Part shown: positions 28,272 to 38,734 of the stretch, piece by piece | How the letters are laid out: the number at the start of each line of letters is the position of its first letter | Numbering within the stretch: position 1 is the stretch's first letter | NCBI GenBank assembly: GCA_035390825.1 | Contig: DAOOUQ010000005.1 | Span: forward strand, 68,517 to 132,516 | Direction of reading: 5' to 3' | DNA length: 64,000 bases | Source: Bacteroidales bacterium | GTDB taxonomy: Bacteria > Bacteroidota > Bacteroidia > Bacteroidales > VadinHA17 | Made by a program: the position numbers and the translations under genes | Notes under the pieces: model-generated | Told to the model about the DNA's origin: nothing | What the model saw: the letters and a program-made list of their open reading frames with translations, nothing else | Database searches by the model: none

Positions 28272-29651
28272 ATGGAAACAATAACAAATACACTTCGCGA
28301 CTCCAAAGTTGCCCGATGGTCAGCACTGTCTCTGATTGCATTCACGATGCTATGTGGCTATTATCTAACCGACGTTATGGCTCCCCTGAAGCCAATGCTT
28401 GAAAAAGAGCTTCTTTGGAACAGCTCCGAATATGGGTTTTTTACAAGTGCTTACGGATGGTTCAATGTGTTTATTCTGATGCTCATTTTTGGAGGGATAA
28501 TTCTCGACAAGATGGGAATAAGGTTCACTGGCATAATGTCGGCAATAATTATGGTTGTCGGCACTGCAATTAAATATTGGGCTATCTCGACTCATTCGCT
28601 CGATGGTCAGACAATTTTGGGGATGAAATCACAGGTTGTATTTGCAGGTCTTGGGTTTGCGACATTTGGCGTCGGAGTTGAAACCGCAGGTATCACAGTG
28701 TCAAAAGCAATAGTGAAATGGTTCAAGGGTAAGGAAATGGCCCTGGCAATGGGTCTTGAAATGGCAACAGCCCGTATAGGCACAACACTCGCTCTGACAA
28801 CATCAGTACCGATTGCAAGGGCGCTGGGAGGGGTTTCAAAACCCATTCTCGTATGCCTTATCATGCTTTGCATAGGCCTTATATCTTTCATTGTCTATAC
28901 ATTTATGGATAAACGACTTGATAAAACAATTGCAGAGGAAGCTGAGAGGAATAATGTTAATGAAGGTGAAGAATCTTTCAGCGTAAAGGATATTTTCAGG
29001 ATTGTCACAAACAAAGGATGGTGGTATATTGCACTTCTTTGCGTTTTGTTTTATTCTGCAGTGTTCCCGTTCCTTAAATATGCAACCGACCTGATGGTTA
29101 ATAAGTTTCAGGTTGATCCTGAAGTTGCCGGTATTATTCCAGGTATGTTGCCATTTGGTACAATGATCCTGACTCCACTTTTCGGAAATTTGTATGACAG
29201 AAAGGGCAAAGGAGCCTCAATAATGATTCTTGGAGCTTTTCTTCTCATTTTTGTACACGCGATGTTTTCAATACCATTTCTTACTGCAACACCAATCGCT
29301 TTAGTGCTGATAATAATTCTGGGTATTGGATTTTCGCTTGTTCCTTCTGCAATGTGGCCCTCTGTTCCAAAAATCATTCCCGAAAAACAACTCGGTACTG
29401 CATATGCACTTATCTTCTGGGTGCAGAATATAGGATTAATGCTGGTGCCCGCCCTTATCGGCTGGGTGCTCGATAAGTTCTGCGTAACAGGAACGCATAT
29501 GATTGACGGAGTCAGTGTCCCAAGCTACAATTATACAATTCCGATGATAATATTTACATGTTTCGGAATCATTGCATTTGTATTTGCCCTGTTGCTTAAA
29601 GCTGAAGATAAGAAAAAAGGATACGGGCTTGAGATGCCTAATATCAAGTAA
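28272..29651 (+). CDS. MFS transporter
   Basis: 459 aa with about 12 predicted TM helices in two 6-TM halves separated by a charged loop (KRLDKTIAEEAERNNVNEGEE). Confidence 0.8.
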   Translation: METITNTLRDSKVARWSALSLIAFTMLCGYYLTDVMAPLKPMLEKELLWNSSEYGFFTSAYGWFNVFILMLIFGGIILDKMGIRFTGIMSAIIMVVGTAIKYWAISTHSLDGQTILGMKSQVVFAGLGFATFGVGVETAGITVSKAIVKWFKGKEMALAMGLEMATARIGTTLALTTSVPIARALGGVSKPILVCLIMLCIGLISFIVYTFMDKRLDKTIAEEAERNNVNEGEESFSVKDIFRIVTNKGWWYIALLCVLFYSAVFPFLKYATDLMVNKFQVDPEVAGIIPGMLPFGTMILTPLFGNLYDRKGKGASIMILGAFLLIFVHAMFSIPFLTATPIALVLIIILGIGFSLVPSAMWPSVPKIIPEKQLGTAYALIFWVQNIGLMLVPALIGWVLDKFCVTGTHMIDGVSVPSYNYTIPMIIFTCFGIIAFVFALLLKAEDKKKGYGLEMPNIK

Positions 29652-29673
29652 TAGGAACAGATACCGGACAATA

Positions 29674-29734
29674 AGGCCGGGGATATGGATGCCTGACTGA
29701 TTACAATTCTTCAGAGCATCAATATCCCCGGCTT
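29674..29734. terminator. Long bidirectional hairpin between the convergent MFS and DUF47 genes
   Basis: GCCGGGGATAT (29676-29686) pairs with ATATCCCCGGC (29722-29732). Inner GATGC/GCATC and CTGA/TCAG pairs extend it to about 20 bp. The flanking U-tracts are weak. Confidence 0.5.
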
Positions 29735-29738
29735 CACT

Positions 29739-30389
29739 TTATGCCATCTTGATAAGTATTGCCTTGATGGTGTCGGTGACATCTTCCTCCTCATCAACGC
29801 ATCTTTCAAGGATCTCAAGGATCTTGTTGTTCTTAAGGAGCTCGGCAGGATCTTTTTCTTGTTCAAATAATTCGGAAACAGCAACAAAGTAATAATCGTC
29901 AGCCATGTGTTCAATATCCTTTACCTTATCGCAGGCGGCAGTTATCTCATTCTTGTTTGCAGCCGCATCATTAAGACAATGCACACATATCTGGATCTGT
30001 TTTGAGGCTTCAACTATCATGTCGGCCATCTTTGCATAGACAGGCATCAGCTTCTTCGGTCTGTAAAGGCATATTCTTCTCCCTATACCATTTATTGAAT
30101 CAACAACATTGTCGATATTTGCAGTCAGTTCATGAATATCCTCCCTGTCAAAAGGAGTTATAAAAGACTTGTTAAGCTGTTTGTAGGCATTGTTTGTGAT
30201 CAAGTCGCCGGCATGTTCAACCTCCTTTATTTCCTGGTAAATCCTTTCATGTTCCTGATTGTCCTCGGTCGACAACAACTCCTTAAGAAGGTCTGCAGCT
30301 TTTACAAGGTTTTTTGCATCTTCCTCAAAAAGAGGATAGAACGAATGGTCCTTCGGTACGAAAAACTTAAGCAATTTATCGATATTCAT
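29739..30389 (-). CDS. DUF47 (PhoU-like) protein, accessory to the PiT phosphate transporter
   Basis: 216 aa, helical. N-terminus MNIDKLLKFFVPKDHSFYPLFEE...EHAGD. It lies immediately downstream of the PiT gene, which is the classical pairing. Confidence 0.8.
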   Translation of the reverse strand: MNIDKLLKFFVPKDHSFYPLFEEDAKNLVKAADLLKELLSTEDNQEHERIYQEIKEVEHAGDLITNNAYKQLNKSFITPFDREDIHELTANIDNVVDSINGIGRRICLYRPKKLMPVYAKMADMIVEASKQIQICVHCLNDAAANKNEITAACDKVKDIEHMADDYYFVAVSELFEQEKDPAELLKNNKILEILERCVDEEEDVTDTIKAILIKMA

Positions 30390-30419
30390 ATCTGACAGGT
30401 TTTAATTTTTTGTTCAAAA

Positions 30420-31415
30420 TTAAGCAAAAGGGAAAAGATATTTAAAGACGAAATACATTGATCCTCCGATTACAGCCGAAACAGGTATTGTTAATATCCA
30501 TGCCCAGAAAATCTTGGCAGTGATGCCCCATTTAACTGCAGAAATTCCTTTTCTTGCGCCAACACCCATTATTGCTCCGGTAATTGTATGCGTTGTACTT
30601 ACGGGGATTCCGAAGAACGTGGCAAGGAACAGGGTCATGGTTCCGGCTGATTCTGCCGAAAAACCTTCATAAGGCTTTAGCTTGGTTATCTTTTGGCCCA
30701 TTGTCTTTACGATCCTCCACCCGCCAAACATGGTGCCGAGAGCGATTGCTGTCTGGCATGATAACTTTATCCAAAGCGCTATTGGATCATCCTTTGTTGT
30801 AAGCCCCTGGATGATGAGAGCCAGCCAGATTATCCCCATCGATTTCTGGGCATCATTTCCTCCATGCCCAAGGCTGAATGATGATGATGAAACGAGCTGA
30901 AGCCTTCTGAATATTTTATCAACCATGAACGGAGAAAGCTTACGGCAGATAAAGACCACAAGATTTGAGATTGCATATGAAAGGAAGAAGCCAAGAAGAG
31001 GAGCAACGAATATGAAGGCGATTATCTTAAGCACCCCTCCAACGATGACTGACCCTGTGCCGGCATGAGAAATTGCAGCGCCAACCAGCCCTCCCACAAG
31101 AGTATGAGAAGAACTTGAGGGAAACCCCCACCACCATGTCAATAAATTCCATGTTATCGCCGCAACCAGTGCTGAAGCAATAACTGTCAGATTTAATACA
31201 TCGGGATCAATGACTCCTTTCCCGATAGTGTGCGCAACATTCATCGGAAAAACAGTGAATGCAATGAAATTGAAGAAAGCTGCCATCGAAACAGCAGCAA
31301 TCGGTGATAAAACCTTGGTTGAAACTACTGCTGCAATTGAGTTTGCAGAATCATGAAATCCATTGATAAAATCGAAAACAAGAACCAGAACAATAACTAC
31401 ATACAAAAATGTCAT
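30420..31415 (-). CDS. Inorganic phosphate transporter, PiT family
   Basis: 331 aa. Duplicated PiT signatures are present: GFHDSANSIA and GGNDAQKSMG. Confidence 0.9.
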   Translation of the reverse strand: MTFLYVVIVLVLVFDFINGFHDSANSIAAVVSTKVLSPIAAVSMAAFFNFIAFTVFPMNVAHTIGKGVIDPDVLNLTVIASALVAAITWNLLTWWWGFPSSSSHTLVGGLVGAAISHAGTGSVIVGGVLKIIAFIFVAPLLGFFLSYAISNLVVFICRKLSPFMVDKIFRRLQLVSSSSFSLGHGGNDAQKSMGIIWLALIIQGLTTKDDPIALWIKLSCQTAIALGTMFGGWRIVKTMGQKITKLKPYEGFSAESAGTMTLFLATFFGIPVSTTHTITGAIMGVGARKGISAVKWGITAKIFWAWILTIPVSAVIGGSMYFVFKYLFPFA

Positions 31416-31576
31416 AACCGGGTTTAAAGATTTTATAAGGATTTCATTCCACTGCCATTTGTCTTCAGAATCGAATTATCGAATTTGCCTGTGCCCTTAA
31501 AATTTTTAAGGTGCCCAAAATTATAAAAATATTTGTACTTTTACAGGTAAACATTTATAAATTTAAAAACATTAAT

Positions 31577-33034
31577 ATGAACGATATACGCGATCTTGAA
31601 CCGAAACCGCTGTGGAATTATTTCCACAGCATAACCCAGATCCCTCATCCTTCAAAAAAAGAACAGAAAATAATTGAATTCATGAAGGAATTCGGGAAGA
31701 AGAATAATCTTGAAACTGTTGTTGATAAAGCGGGTAATGTCATAATACGGAAACCTGCTACAAAAGGGATGGAAAACAGAAAAGGGGTTATTCTGCAGAC
31801 ACACCTTGATATGGTTCCCCAGAAGAACAGGGATAAAAAGCATGACTTCGAAAAGGATCCGATTGAAACTATAATAGATGGTGACTGGGTCAGGGCAAAC
31901 GGAACAACACTGGGATCAGATAACGGGATTGGAGTGGCTGCCACAATGGCCGTTCTTGCATCAACCGACATACCTCACGGGCCTCTCGAAGGTCTGTTTA
32001 CCATAGATGAGGAAACAGGCATGACTGGCGTATTCGGACTCAGGAAAGGCCTTCTGAAAGGTGAGATACTGTTAAATCTCGACTCTGAAGACGAAGGTGA
32101 ACTTTGTGTGGGCTGTGCCGGAGGTATTGATGTGAGCGCTGTGAAAAAGTTCAGCCGCGAAAAGACACCTCAGGATATGGAAGCATATAAGGTTGTTCTC
32201 AAAGGACTTAAGGGAGGACATTCAGGTGTTGATATTGCACTTGGAAGAGCCAATTCAAACAAACTTTTATTCCGTTTCCTCATGCAGGCTGAATCAGATT
32301 TTGGCATAAGGCTCTCTGAAGCTGAAGGTGGCGACCTGAGAAATGCAATTCCGAGGGAATCATATGCAGTTGTTCTGGTGCCGGCCTCTAAGGCATCTTC
32401 CTTTAAGAAATTTATTAAAGGCTATGAAGAAATGTACAGGGCTGAATTCTCGGAGACAGAACCTGACCTGTCGTTCACGGCACAAAAAGTTGATGTTCCG
32501 GCCATGGTCATGAAATCCTCTGACCAGTATAAGATTATACGTGCCGTATTTGCCTGCCCAAACGGGGTGCAGAGAATGAGCCAGGCCATGAAGGGCCTTG
32601 TTGAAACTTCAAACAATCTGGCTATAGTAAGATGTTTGAATGGAAAATTTGAAACACATTGTCTTACAAGAAGCTCGGTTGATTCATCAAAAGAAGCAAC
32701 GGCATGGAAAATAGCTGCTGTTTTCCATCTGATAGGTGCAGAAGTTAAGCTTTCGGGAAGCTATCCCGGATGGAAGCCAAACATGAATTCACCCATTCTT
32801 AAAACCATGAATGAGGTTTATAAGAGGAAATTCGGAAATGCTCCCGAGGTAAAAGCCATTCATGCAGGTCTCGAGTGTGCAATCCTCGGAGGCACTTACA
32901 CCGGCCTCGATATGATATCCTTCGGGCCTACAATCAAGCATCCGCATTCACCGGATGAAAAGGTGAATATTCCGACAGTAAAGAAGTTTTATGATTTTCT
33001 TTGCGAAACTCTGAAGGAGGTTCCGGTCAAATAA
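31577..33034 (+). CDS. pepD: Aminoacyl-histidine (Xaa-His) dipeptidase, M20C family
   Basis: The start is taken at MNDIRDLEPKPLWNYFHSITQIPHPSKKE. Motifs: LQTHLDMV, GTTLGSDNGIG, FTIDEETGMTG, HAGLECA, IKHPHSPDE. Confidence 0.9.
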   Translation: MNDIRDLEPKPLWNYFHSITQIPHPSKKEQKIIEFMKEFGKKNNLETVVDKAGNVIIRKPATKGMENRKGVILQTHLDMVPQKNRDKKHDFEKDPIETIIDGDWVRANGTTLGSDNGIGVAATMAVLASTDIPHGPLEGLFTIDEETGMTGVFGLRKGLLKGEILLNLDSEDEGELCVGCAGGIDVSAVKKFSREKTPQDMEAYKVVLKGLKGGHSGVDIALGRANSNKLLFRFLMQAESDFGIRLSEAEGGDLRNAIPRESYAVVLVPASKASSFKKFIKGYEEMYRAEFSETEPDLSFTAQKVDVPAMVMKSSDQYKIIRAVFACPNGVQRMSQAMKGLVETSNNLAIVRCLNGKFETHCLTRSSVDSSKEATAWKIAAVFHLIGAEVKLSGSYPGWKPNMNSPILKTMNEVYKRKFGNAPEVKAIHAGLECAILGGTYTGLDMISFGPTIKHPHSPDEKVNIPTVKKFYDFLCETLKEVPVK

Positions 33035-33036
33035 TC

Positions 33037-33100
33037 TGGTTGCAGGTTGCCGGGTTCTGTTTGACCGGCGCAGCCATCAGACACCCTGCAACCTGCACCA
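33037..33100. terminator. Long hairpin between convergent pepD and the carboxylase operon
   Basis: TGGT(T)GCAGGTTGC.GGGT (33037-33055) pairs with ACCCTGCAACCTGCACCA (33083-33100), about 17 bp. There is no strong U-tract. Confidence 0.45.
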
Positions 33101-33115
33101 GCAACATTCATCTTA

Positions 33116-33646
33116 TCAGTCGACCTTAATCTCGATAAGCATATCGTCCTTCATGACATTGGTGTTTGGTTTTATCAGTACCCTGGAGATCTGACCGTTG
33201 ACAGGGGAGAGGATCTCATTCTGCATCTTCATGGCTTCAAGGATTACAAGCGGTTCTCCCCTCAGTACTGTTGAACCCTCCCTCACCAGAACATCGATGA
33301 TCTTTCCGGGCATGGGCGCTTTGAGTATCTCCTTTTCGTTCTTTCCCCTTGATGCATTCAATACTTTCATTCTCTGCATCGAAAATGGGGTCTCGACGGT
33401 AAAAGTATAGCTTATATCATTGAACAGGATTTCATATTTATTTTGCCGCGAACGGACTATTTCAACAGGGTATTTCCGGTTTTTCCAGAGTATGTAGGTT
33501 CCGTATTTATCGTCAGCCTTGAGCTTCACCTCATAATCGTGCTTTCCTATTCTTATCGAATGCTTAAGCGGTTGTGAAAAGCAGAATCTTTTATTCTCAG
33601 ATGAAAGAGCGTACAGTTTCTTTACCTTTGATCCGGTGGCAGTCAT
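33116..33646 (-). CDS. Biotin carboxyl carrier protein (biotinyl domain with an about 100-aa N-terminal extension)
   Basis: 176 aa. The C-terminal biotinylation motif is LEAMKMQNEI. Confidence 0.8.
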   Translation of the reverse strand: MTATGSKVKKLYALSSENKRFCFSQPLKHSIRIGKHDYEVKLKADDKYGTYILWKNRKYPVEIVRSRQNKYEILFNDISYTFTVETPFSMQRMKVLNASRGKNEKEILKAPMPGKIIDVLVREGSTVLRGEPLVILEAMKMQNEILSPVNGQISRVLIKPNTNVMKDDMLIEIKVD

Positions 33647-33648
33647 AA

Positions 33649-35154
33649 TTAAAACTGATTAATTCTTTTGTTAAGAAGCCAGGGGCTCATTTCCCTGCTG
33701 TTTTCGAAATCAACATTGATGCTGTTATCCAAAAGGTTCTCTTCAACGAACAGTTTTGTGGCAAGCCAGGCGGCAAGCATTTCCTCATATTCGCTGTTCA
33801 GATAGTATTTGTCGAGATCTTTTTCGATAAAGGCGGTTGTGAAGGTTCCGTTCAGGAATTTCTGATTTCTGACCAGCATTCTGAAAAACGGAAGCGTGGT
33901 TTTTGTTCCTTTTATCCATACCTTGTCAAGGGCAAGCTTGCAGTTTTTTATAGCGTCTTTCCGGTCTTTCCCTTTGACGATAAGTTTGGCTATCATTGAA
34001 TCATAACTTTGAACAATTGCTGATCCTGCCTGTACTCCTGTGTCAACACGTATATTTGACCCTGAGGGCATACTTAGCTTTTCTATTTTGCCGGGGTCAG
34101 GTGCAAATCCCGACTGAACATCTTCTGCATTAATCCTGCATTCTATTGCCCAGCCGGTAAGCTTTATGTCTTCCTGTCTGTATTTCAGAACCTCACCGGC
34201 GGCTATGCTGATTTGCTGCTCAATAAGATCAATGCCCGTGATTGCTTCGGTTACGGGATGCTCAACCTGTATTCTGGTATTCATTTCCATGAAATAGAAG
34301 TTCTTTTCAGAATCAAGCAGAAATTCTACCGTTCCGGCGGAATAATAGTGTACTGCTTTGGCTATCTGAACTGCAATTCTCCCCATTGTATCCCGGAGGT
34401 TGTCATCGAGGGCAGCAGAGGGAGCCTCTTCAAGAAGCTTCTGATGCTTTCTCTGTATTGAACACTCTCTTTCACCAAGGTGGATAATGTTCCCCTTTTT
34501 ATCGCCAAGAACCTGAAACTCGATGTGTTTTGGATTTTCAATGTATTTTTCAATGAATACTGACGGATCATTAAAGGCCTTTTCAGCCTCTTTGCTGGCG
34601 ATGATAAACATCTTTTCCATCTCCTCGGGCTTTCGAACTATCCTCATGCCGCGTCCGCCACCGCCTGAAGCTGCCTTAATAATTACAGGATACCCGATCT
34701 TGTCTGCAATTGCAACGGCTTCTTCCTCATTGCCTATATTCCCCTCGCTTCCCATAGCCATCGGAATACCAGCTGAAAGGGCAATCTTGCGTGCAATGGT
34801 CTTGTTGCCCATTTTGTATATGGCATCAGGTGACGGGCCAATGAAATTAACATTGTTGTCGATACATTTCTGAGCGAAATAGGCATTCTCTGACAGGAAT
34901 CCGTACCCCGGATGAACCGCATCACATTTTGTTTCAAGGGCAATTTCGATAAGCCTTTCAATGTTCAGAAATACAGGAATTTCAGAATCATCCTCGGTAT
35001 TGTCATAAATAATATCGGCATCTGACAGGTACATCGCCTTTGGCTCAACGGAAGTTTTCACGGCCACAGTCTCTATTTTCATCTTCCGGGCTGTCCGTAT
35101 TATCCTTACTGCAATCTCACCACGGTTTGCTATCAGTATCCTTTTTATCTTCAT
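33649..35154 (-). CDS. accC: Biotin carboxylase subunit (ATP-grasp)
   Basis: 501 aa. Motifs: ILIANRGEIAVRIIRT, GYPVIIKASGGGGGRGMR, EMNTRIQVEHPVTE. Confidence 0.9.
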   Translation of the reverse strand: MKIKRILIANRGEIAVRIIRTARKMKIETVAVKTSVEPKAMYLSDADIIYDNTEDDSEIPVFLNIERLIEIALETKCDAVHPGYGFLSENAYFAQKCIDNNVNFIGPSPDAIYKMGNKTIARKIALSAGIPMAMGSEGNIGNEEEAVAIADKIGYPVIIKAASGGGGRGMRIVRKPEEMEKMFIIASKEAEKAFNDPSVFIEKYIENPKHIEFQVLGDKKGNIIHLGERECSIQRKHQKLLEEAPSAALDDNLRDTMGRIAVQIAKAVHYYSAGTVEFLLDSEKNFYFMEMNTRIQVEHPVTEAITGIDLIEQQISIAAGEVLKYRQEDIKLTGWAIECRINAEDVQSGFAPDPGKIEKLSMPSGSNIRVDTGVQAGSAIVQSYDSMIAKLIVKGKDRKDAIKNCKLALDKVWIKGTKTTLPFFRMLVRNQKFLNGTFTTAFIEKDLDKYYLNSEYEEMLAAWLATKLFVEENLLDNSINVDFENSREMSPWLLNKRINQF

Positions 35155-35202
35155 TGTTTTTGATTTCGGTAATTCAAAATCTCACGGCATGCGCAGCCAG
35201 TT

Positions 35203-36759
35203 TTACAATGGCATGTTGCCATGCTTGCGGGCCGGAACCTTAACCCATTTGTTGTTCAGAGCCGACAAAGCTGAAGCAATCTTCTTCCTTGTCAATGCCG
35301 GATCAATAACCTCATCTATGTACCCGCTTTCATCGGCGATGAACGGATTTGCGACCTTATCCCTGTATTTTTTTACAAGTTCTTTCTTCAGTTCGTCAGG
35401 ATTCCTTGAGTTTGCCAGTTCCTTGCGGTAAAGAATTGCCACCGCGCCATCCGGGCCCATAACTGCGATTTCTGCAGTAGGCCAGGCAAAGCTGAAATCT
35501 CCTCCGAGGTTCTTGCTGTTCATCACAATGAATGCACCTCCATAGGCCTTTCTGAGAATGACCGTTATCTTCGGAACAGTCGCTTCGCTGTATGCAAAGA
35601 GCATCTTCGCACCATGCCTGATTATCCCTGAATGTTCCTGGTCGACTCCGGGAAGGAAGCCCGGAACATCTTCAAGTGTGAGCAATGGGATGTTGAATGC
35701 ATCACAAAAACGGATGAACCTTGCTCCTTTGGTTGACGAGTTTATATCGAGAACCCCTGCAAGAACTTTTGGCTGGTTAGCAACAACACCTATTGTTTTT
35801 CCCTTAAGCCTGGCAAAACCGGTAACAAGACTAGGTGCAAAAAGTTCAGAGATCTCAAGGAAACTGTTCCTGTCTACTATCTGGGTAATAACATCTTTGA
35901 CATCATAGGCCTTGTAAGGATCATCAGGGATTATATCACGCAGTTTTGGATTGATGTCGGGGATTGTTCCGTCGTCAGCGACGACAGGGGGATTTTCCAC
36001 ATTATTTGAAGGAAGATAGGAAAGAAATTTCTTGAGTGCAAGAATGGTGTTCTCCTCATCATCATAAATCATATGGGCGACTCCGCTGTTGCGGGCATGA
36101 ACCTCTGCGCCTCCCAGCTGATCAAATGTGACTTCTTCGTTTAACACCTCCTTTACAACATTGGGCCCTGTTACGAACATGTAGCTTGTGTGGTTTGTCA
36201 TGAAGACAAAATCAGTCAGGGCAGGTGAATAAACGGCCCCTCCCGCGGCGGGCCCCATGATAACAGAAATCTGTGGAATAATACCCGACGAGTGGATAAT
36301 GTTCTGAAAAATAGTTGCATAACCGCTAAGACTTGCAACACCTTCCTGTATCCTGGCTCCTCCCGAATCGATAAGGCCGATAATGGGTGATCCCATTTTC
36401 AGGGCCATTTCCTGGATCTTGGCTATTTTCTTTGCATGTACAATGCCAAGCGACCCGCCCATGATCGTAAAATCCTGGGCATAAGCAAACACAAGCCGTC
36501 CGTTTATCTTCCCGTGGCCTACAATGACTCCGTCGCCAAATGACTTTTCAACTTTGCCGAATTCAACCGGCTGGCCGGCAGGCGTTACAAACGCATCAAT
36601 CTCCTCAAAGGTGCCGGAATCAAATAACAGGTTAATCCTTTCCCATGCCGTAAGTTTGCCTTTCGAATGCTGCTTCGCGGCCTGCTCCGGGCTGTATTGT
36701 TTCTTTATGGCTTCCTGCCTTTCTATAAAAGCTTTGTAATGTTTCCCTGAAAGATCCAT
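35203..36759 (-). CDS. Acyl-CoA carboxylase carboxyltransferase (beta) subunit, propionyl-/methylmalonyl-CoA type
   Basis: 518 aa with duplicated crotonase-like carboxyltransferase domains. Motifs: GSLGIVHAKKI, DSGGARIQEG, GPAAGGAVYSPALTDF, AYGGAFIVM. Confidence 0.9.
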   Translation of the reverse strand: MDLSGKHYKAFIERQEAIKKQYSPEQAAKQHSKGKLTAWERINLLFDSGTFEEIDAFVTPAGQPVEFGKVEKSFGDGVIVGHGKINGRLVFAYAQDFTIMGGSLGIVHAKKIAKIQEMALKMGSPIIGLIDSGGARIQEGVASLSGYATIFQNIIHSSGIIPQISVIMGPAAGGAVYSPALTDFVFMTNHTSYMFVTGPNVVKEVLNEEVTFDQLGGAEVHARNSGVAHMIYDDEENTILALKKFLSYLPSNNVENPPVVADDGTIPDINPKLRDIIPDDPYKAYDVKDVITQIVDRNSFLEISELFAPSLVTGFARLKGKTIGVVANQPKVLAGVLDINSSTKGARFIRFCDAFNIPLLTLEDVPGFLPGVDQEHSGIIRHGAKMLFAYSEATVPKITVILRKAYGGAFIVMNSKNLGGDFSFAWPTAEIAVMGPDGAVAILYRKELANSRNPDELKKELVKKYRDKVANPFIADESGYIDEVIDPALTRKKIASALSALNNKWVKVPARKHGNMPL

Positions 36760-36835
36760 ATCCTGCTTTTAATTTGTTATGCAATGACCAGAATCAAAAC
36801 AATTGGTTTTTACAATTCAGGCCATTTTGAAGGCT

Positions 36836-36843
36836 CAAAAATA
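36836..36843 (-). promoter_or_regulatory. -7 promoter box TATTTTTG for the carboxylase operon
   Basis: Exact TAnnTTTG on the minus strand, about 77 nt upstream of the ATG at 36759. Confidence 0.35.
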
Positions 36844-36952
36844 TACATATTCAGAATAATTCCAAATAAAACTTTCGAACGGGAATATAATGTTTTGGTT
36901 ATATTGTTCGCTGTGAATACTTTAACAGCACTTGTTTTTCGACCGTCCTGAA

Positions 36953-37591
36953 TCAGTTTTTGGGTTTGAACAAACCTTTTTCATCTGATCCTAGCAATCC
37001 GGCACTTATCAGCGACTGGCTGGCCCGGTTCAGATTTTTTATCATTTTATCGGTTACAACAGGAAAATGACGCAGGGATTCTATTTTGTCACCAATATAT
37101 TCCAGATCCTCATCTGTTGTGGCCCAGTTTCTGTAATTGAATGCCGTGAGGTCAAATGGAAGGGAATACGACCGTAAAGTCTTTTCTCCATTGACGTTAA
37201 AATAAAAGTCAAAATACGACATGATAAGTTCACGAAGACTTCTGTATACGGGTTCCCGGAATCGAAGAGTGCTGAAGTTCGATTTGGCAATCGCTCCCCA
37301 GCAGCCATCCTGCCTGAAGACAGAAATTACATGATCATCATCGTTCCATGCCTTCATGTCGACAATCAGTGGTTTAAATCCAAGAAAATCGAGAACGGCA
37401 GCTGCAAACAATGCTCCCTCAAAACAGTGTGCCCTCTTACTTTTCATCACGTACCTTGGCGACCTGCATTCATAATCCGGATTATAGTCTGTTGAGTCGA
37501 GGTATATCTGTACTGACCAGGGATTTGTGAAACTTTCAAGGAATTTTATTTCACTGTCGCTCCATTTGATGTCAGAATAAGGTGTTCCCAT
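36953..37591 (-). CDS. Hypothetical protein with a transglutaminase-like / papain-like Cys-His arrangement
   Basis: 212 aa. Candidate nucleophile in KRAHCFEGALFAAAVLDFLGF and candidate His in WNDDDHVISVF. This is motif-level resemblance only. Confidence 0.4.
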   Translation of the reverse strand: MGTPYSDIKWSDSEIKFLESFTNPWSVQIYLDSTDYNPDYECRSPRYVMKSKRAHCFEGALFAAAVLDFLGFKPLIVDMKAWNDDDHVISVFRQDGCWGAIAKSNFSTLRFREPVYRSLRELIMSYFDFYFNVNGEKTLRSYSLPFDLTAFNYRNWATTDEDLEYIGDKIESLRHFPVVTDKMIKNLNRASQSLISAGLLGSDEKGLFKPKN

Positions 37592-37639
37592 CTTTGATAA
37601 TTACTCTGCTTACAACTTAACCGCTTTTAAATGATTGCA

Positions 37640-38734
37640 TCAGATAATTTTCCTTATTATTTTCTGCATTTCAGCGTATTGTTCCTCCATACTTTTCACC
37701 AGCTTCATCTGGGCTCTTGCCCTGTCGAGATTGTGATTAGGGTGATGGATTTTATAATAAACATCCCCGTCGAGATAATCTGTCAGAAATCTGACAGCCA
37801 TAATATAGGTTATCAGCTTTGGTGCAAAAGCAAGATATTCCTTTTCAACATCGTTTAGAGTGTCTGCGGCCTCAGAAAGATATCCCTTTGAAAACGCTTT
37901 GTAAAGCTCAATATTCATTCTGATCCTGGAAAGGTCTGTTTCGTCTTCAGATGCAACATTGGCGGCAGTTCTTATTGCATCCCCGAAATCATAATGGACA
38001 TAGCCCGGCATTACGGTGTCAAGGTCGATGACGCACAGTGCCTTATCATTGTTGTCGAAAAGGATGTTGTTGAACTTTGTATCGTTATGAGTGATCCTGA
38101 GCGGAATTTTCCCCTCGTCACCAAGGCTGATTATAACTTTCATTTCCTCGGCTCGTTTAAGCACGAAGTCGATCTCCTCTGATACACCCGCGGCTCTTCC
38201 TGCAATGTCGGTTCTTACACTGTTCAGGAAAGTGTCGAGCCGTTTTCCGACGTGATGAAAAAATGGTATTGTCTCGTGAAGCGGCTCACCCGGCAGATCA
38301 GCGAGCATGGCCTGAAACCGTCCGATAGCCCTGCCTCCTTCAAATGCTTTTGACGGAGAATCAACTATGTCGTATGATCTGTGGTCGGCAATGTAAATGA
38401 AGAGTCTCCAGTAATTGTTGTCTTCATCCTTTATCCATGATCCTCCTTTTTTTGTCCTGATCAATGTTAGTGATTCACGTTTAATGTCAGAACCCGGGAT
38501 CTGCGATAACCTGAACTGAATGTGCCTCGTTACCCTTTCGATGTTTTGCTGGAGCTCAGGAACCTTCCTGAATACATTATTGTTGATTCTCTGAAGAATA
38601 TAATCATCCTTGTCTTTTTCGGTATTTATTATCCTGTAGGTATCATGAATATGTCCGCTACCGCATGTAACAGCATCAGAAAAAGTTCCCTCCGTATCAA
38701 AAAAACTGAAGATCTCTCTAATATCATGCTTCAT
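37640..38734 (-). CDS. APH-fold (aminoglycoside-phosphotransferase-like) kinase, probably a sugar or N-acetylhexosamine 1-kinase-like enzyme
   Basis: 364 aa. The catalytic loop is ITHNDTKFNNILFD and the Mg-binding motif is VIDLDTVMPGYVHYDFGD. Its start overlaps the stop of the upstream sugar MFS gene by 11 nt. Confidence 0.6.
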   Translation of the reverse strand: MKHDIREIFSFFDTEGTFSDAVTCGSGHIHDTYRIINTEKDKDDYILQRINNNVFRKVPELQQNIERVTRHIQFRLSQIPGSDIKRESLTLIRTKKGGSWIKDEDNNYWRLFIYIADHRSYDIVDSPSKAFEGGRAIGRFQAMLADLPGEPLHETIPFFHHVGKRLDTFLNSVRTDIAGRAAGVSEEIDFVLKRAEEMKVIISLGDEGKIPLRITHNDTKFNNILFDNNDKALCVIDLDTVMPGYVHYDFGDAIRTAANVASEDETDLSRIRMNIELYKAFSKGYLSEAADTLNDVEKEYLAFAPKLITYIMAVRFLTDYLDGDVYYKIHHPNHNLDRARAQMKLVKSMEEQYAEMQKIIRKII

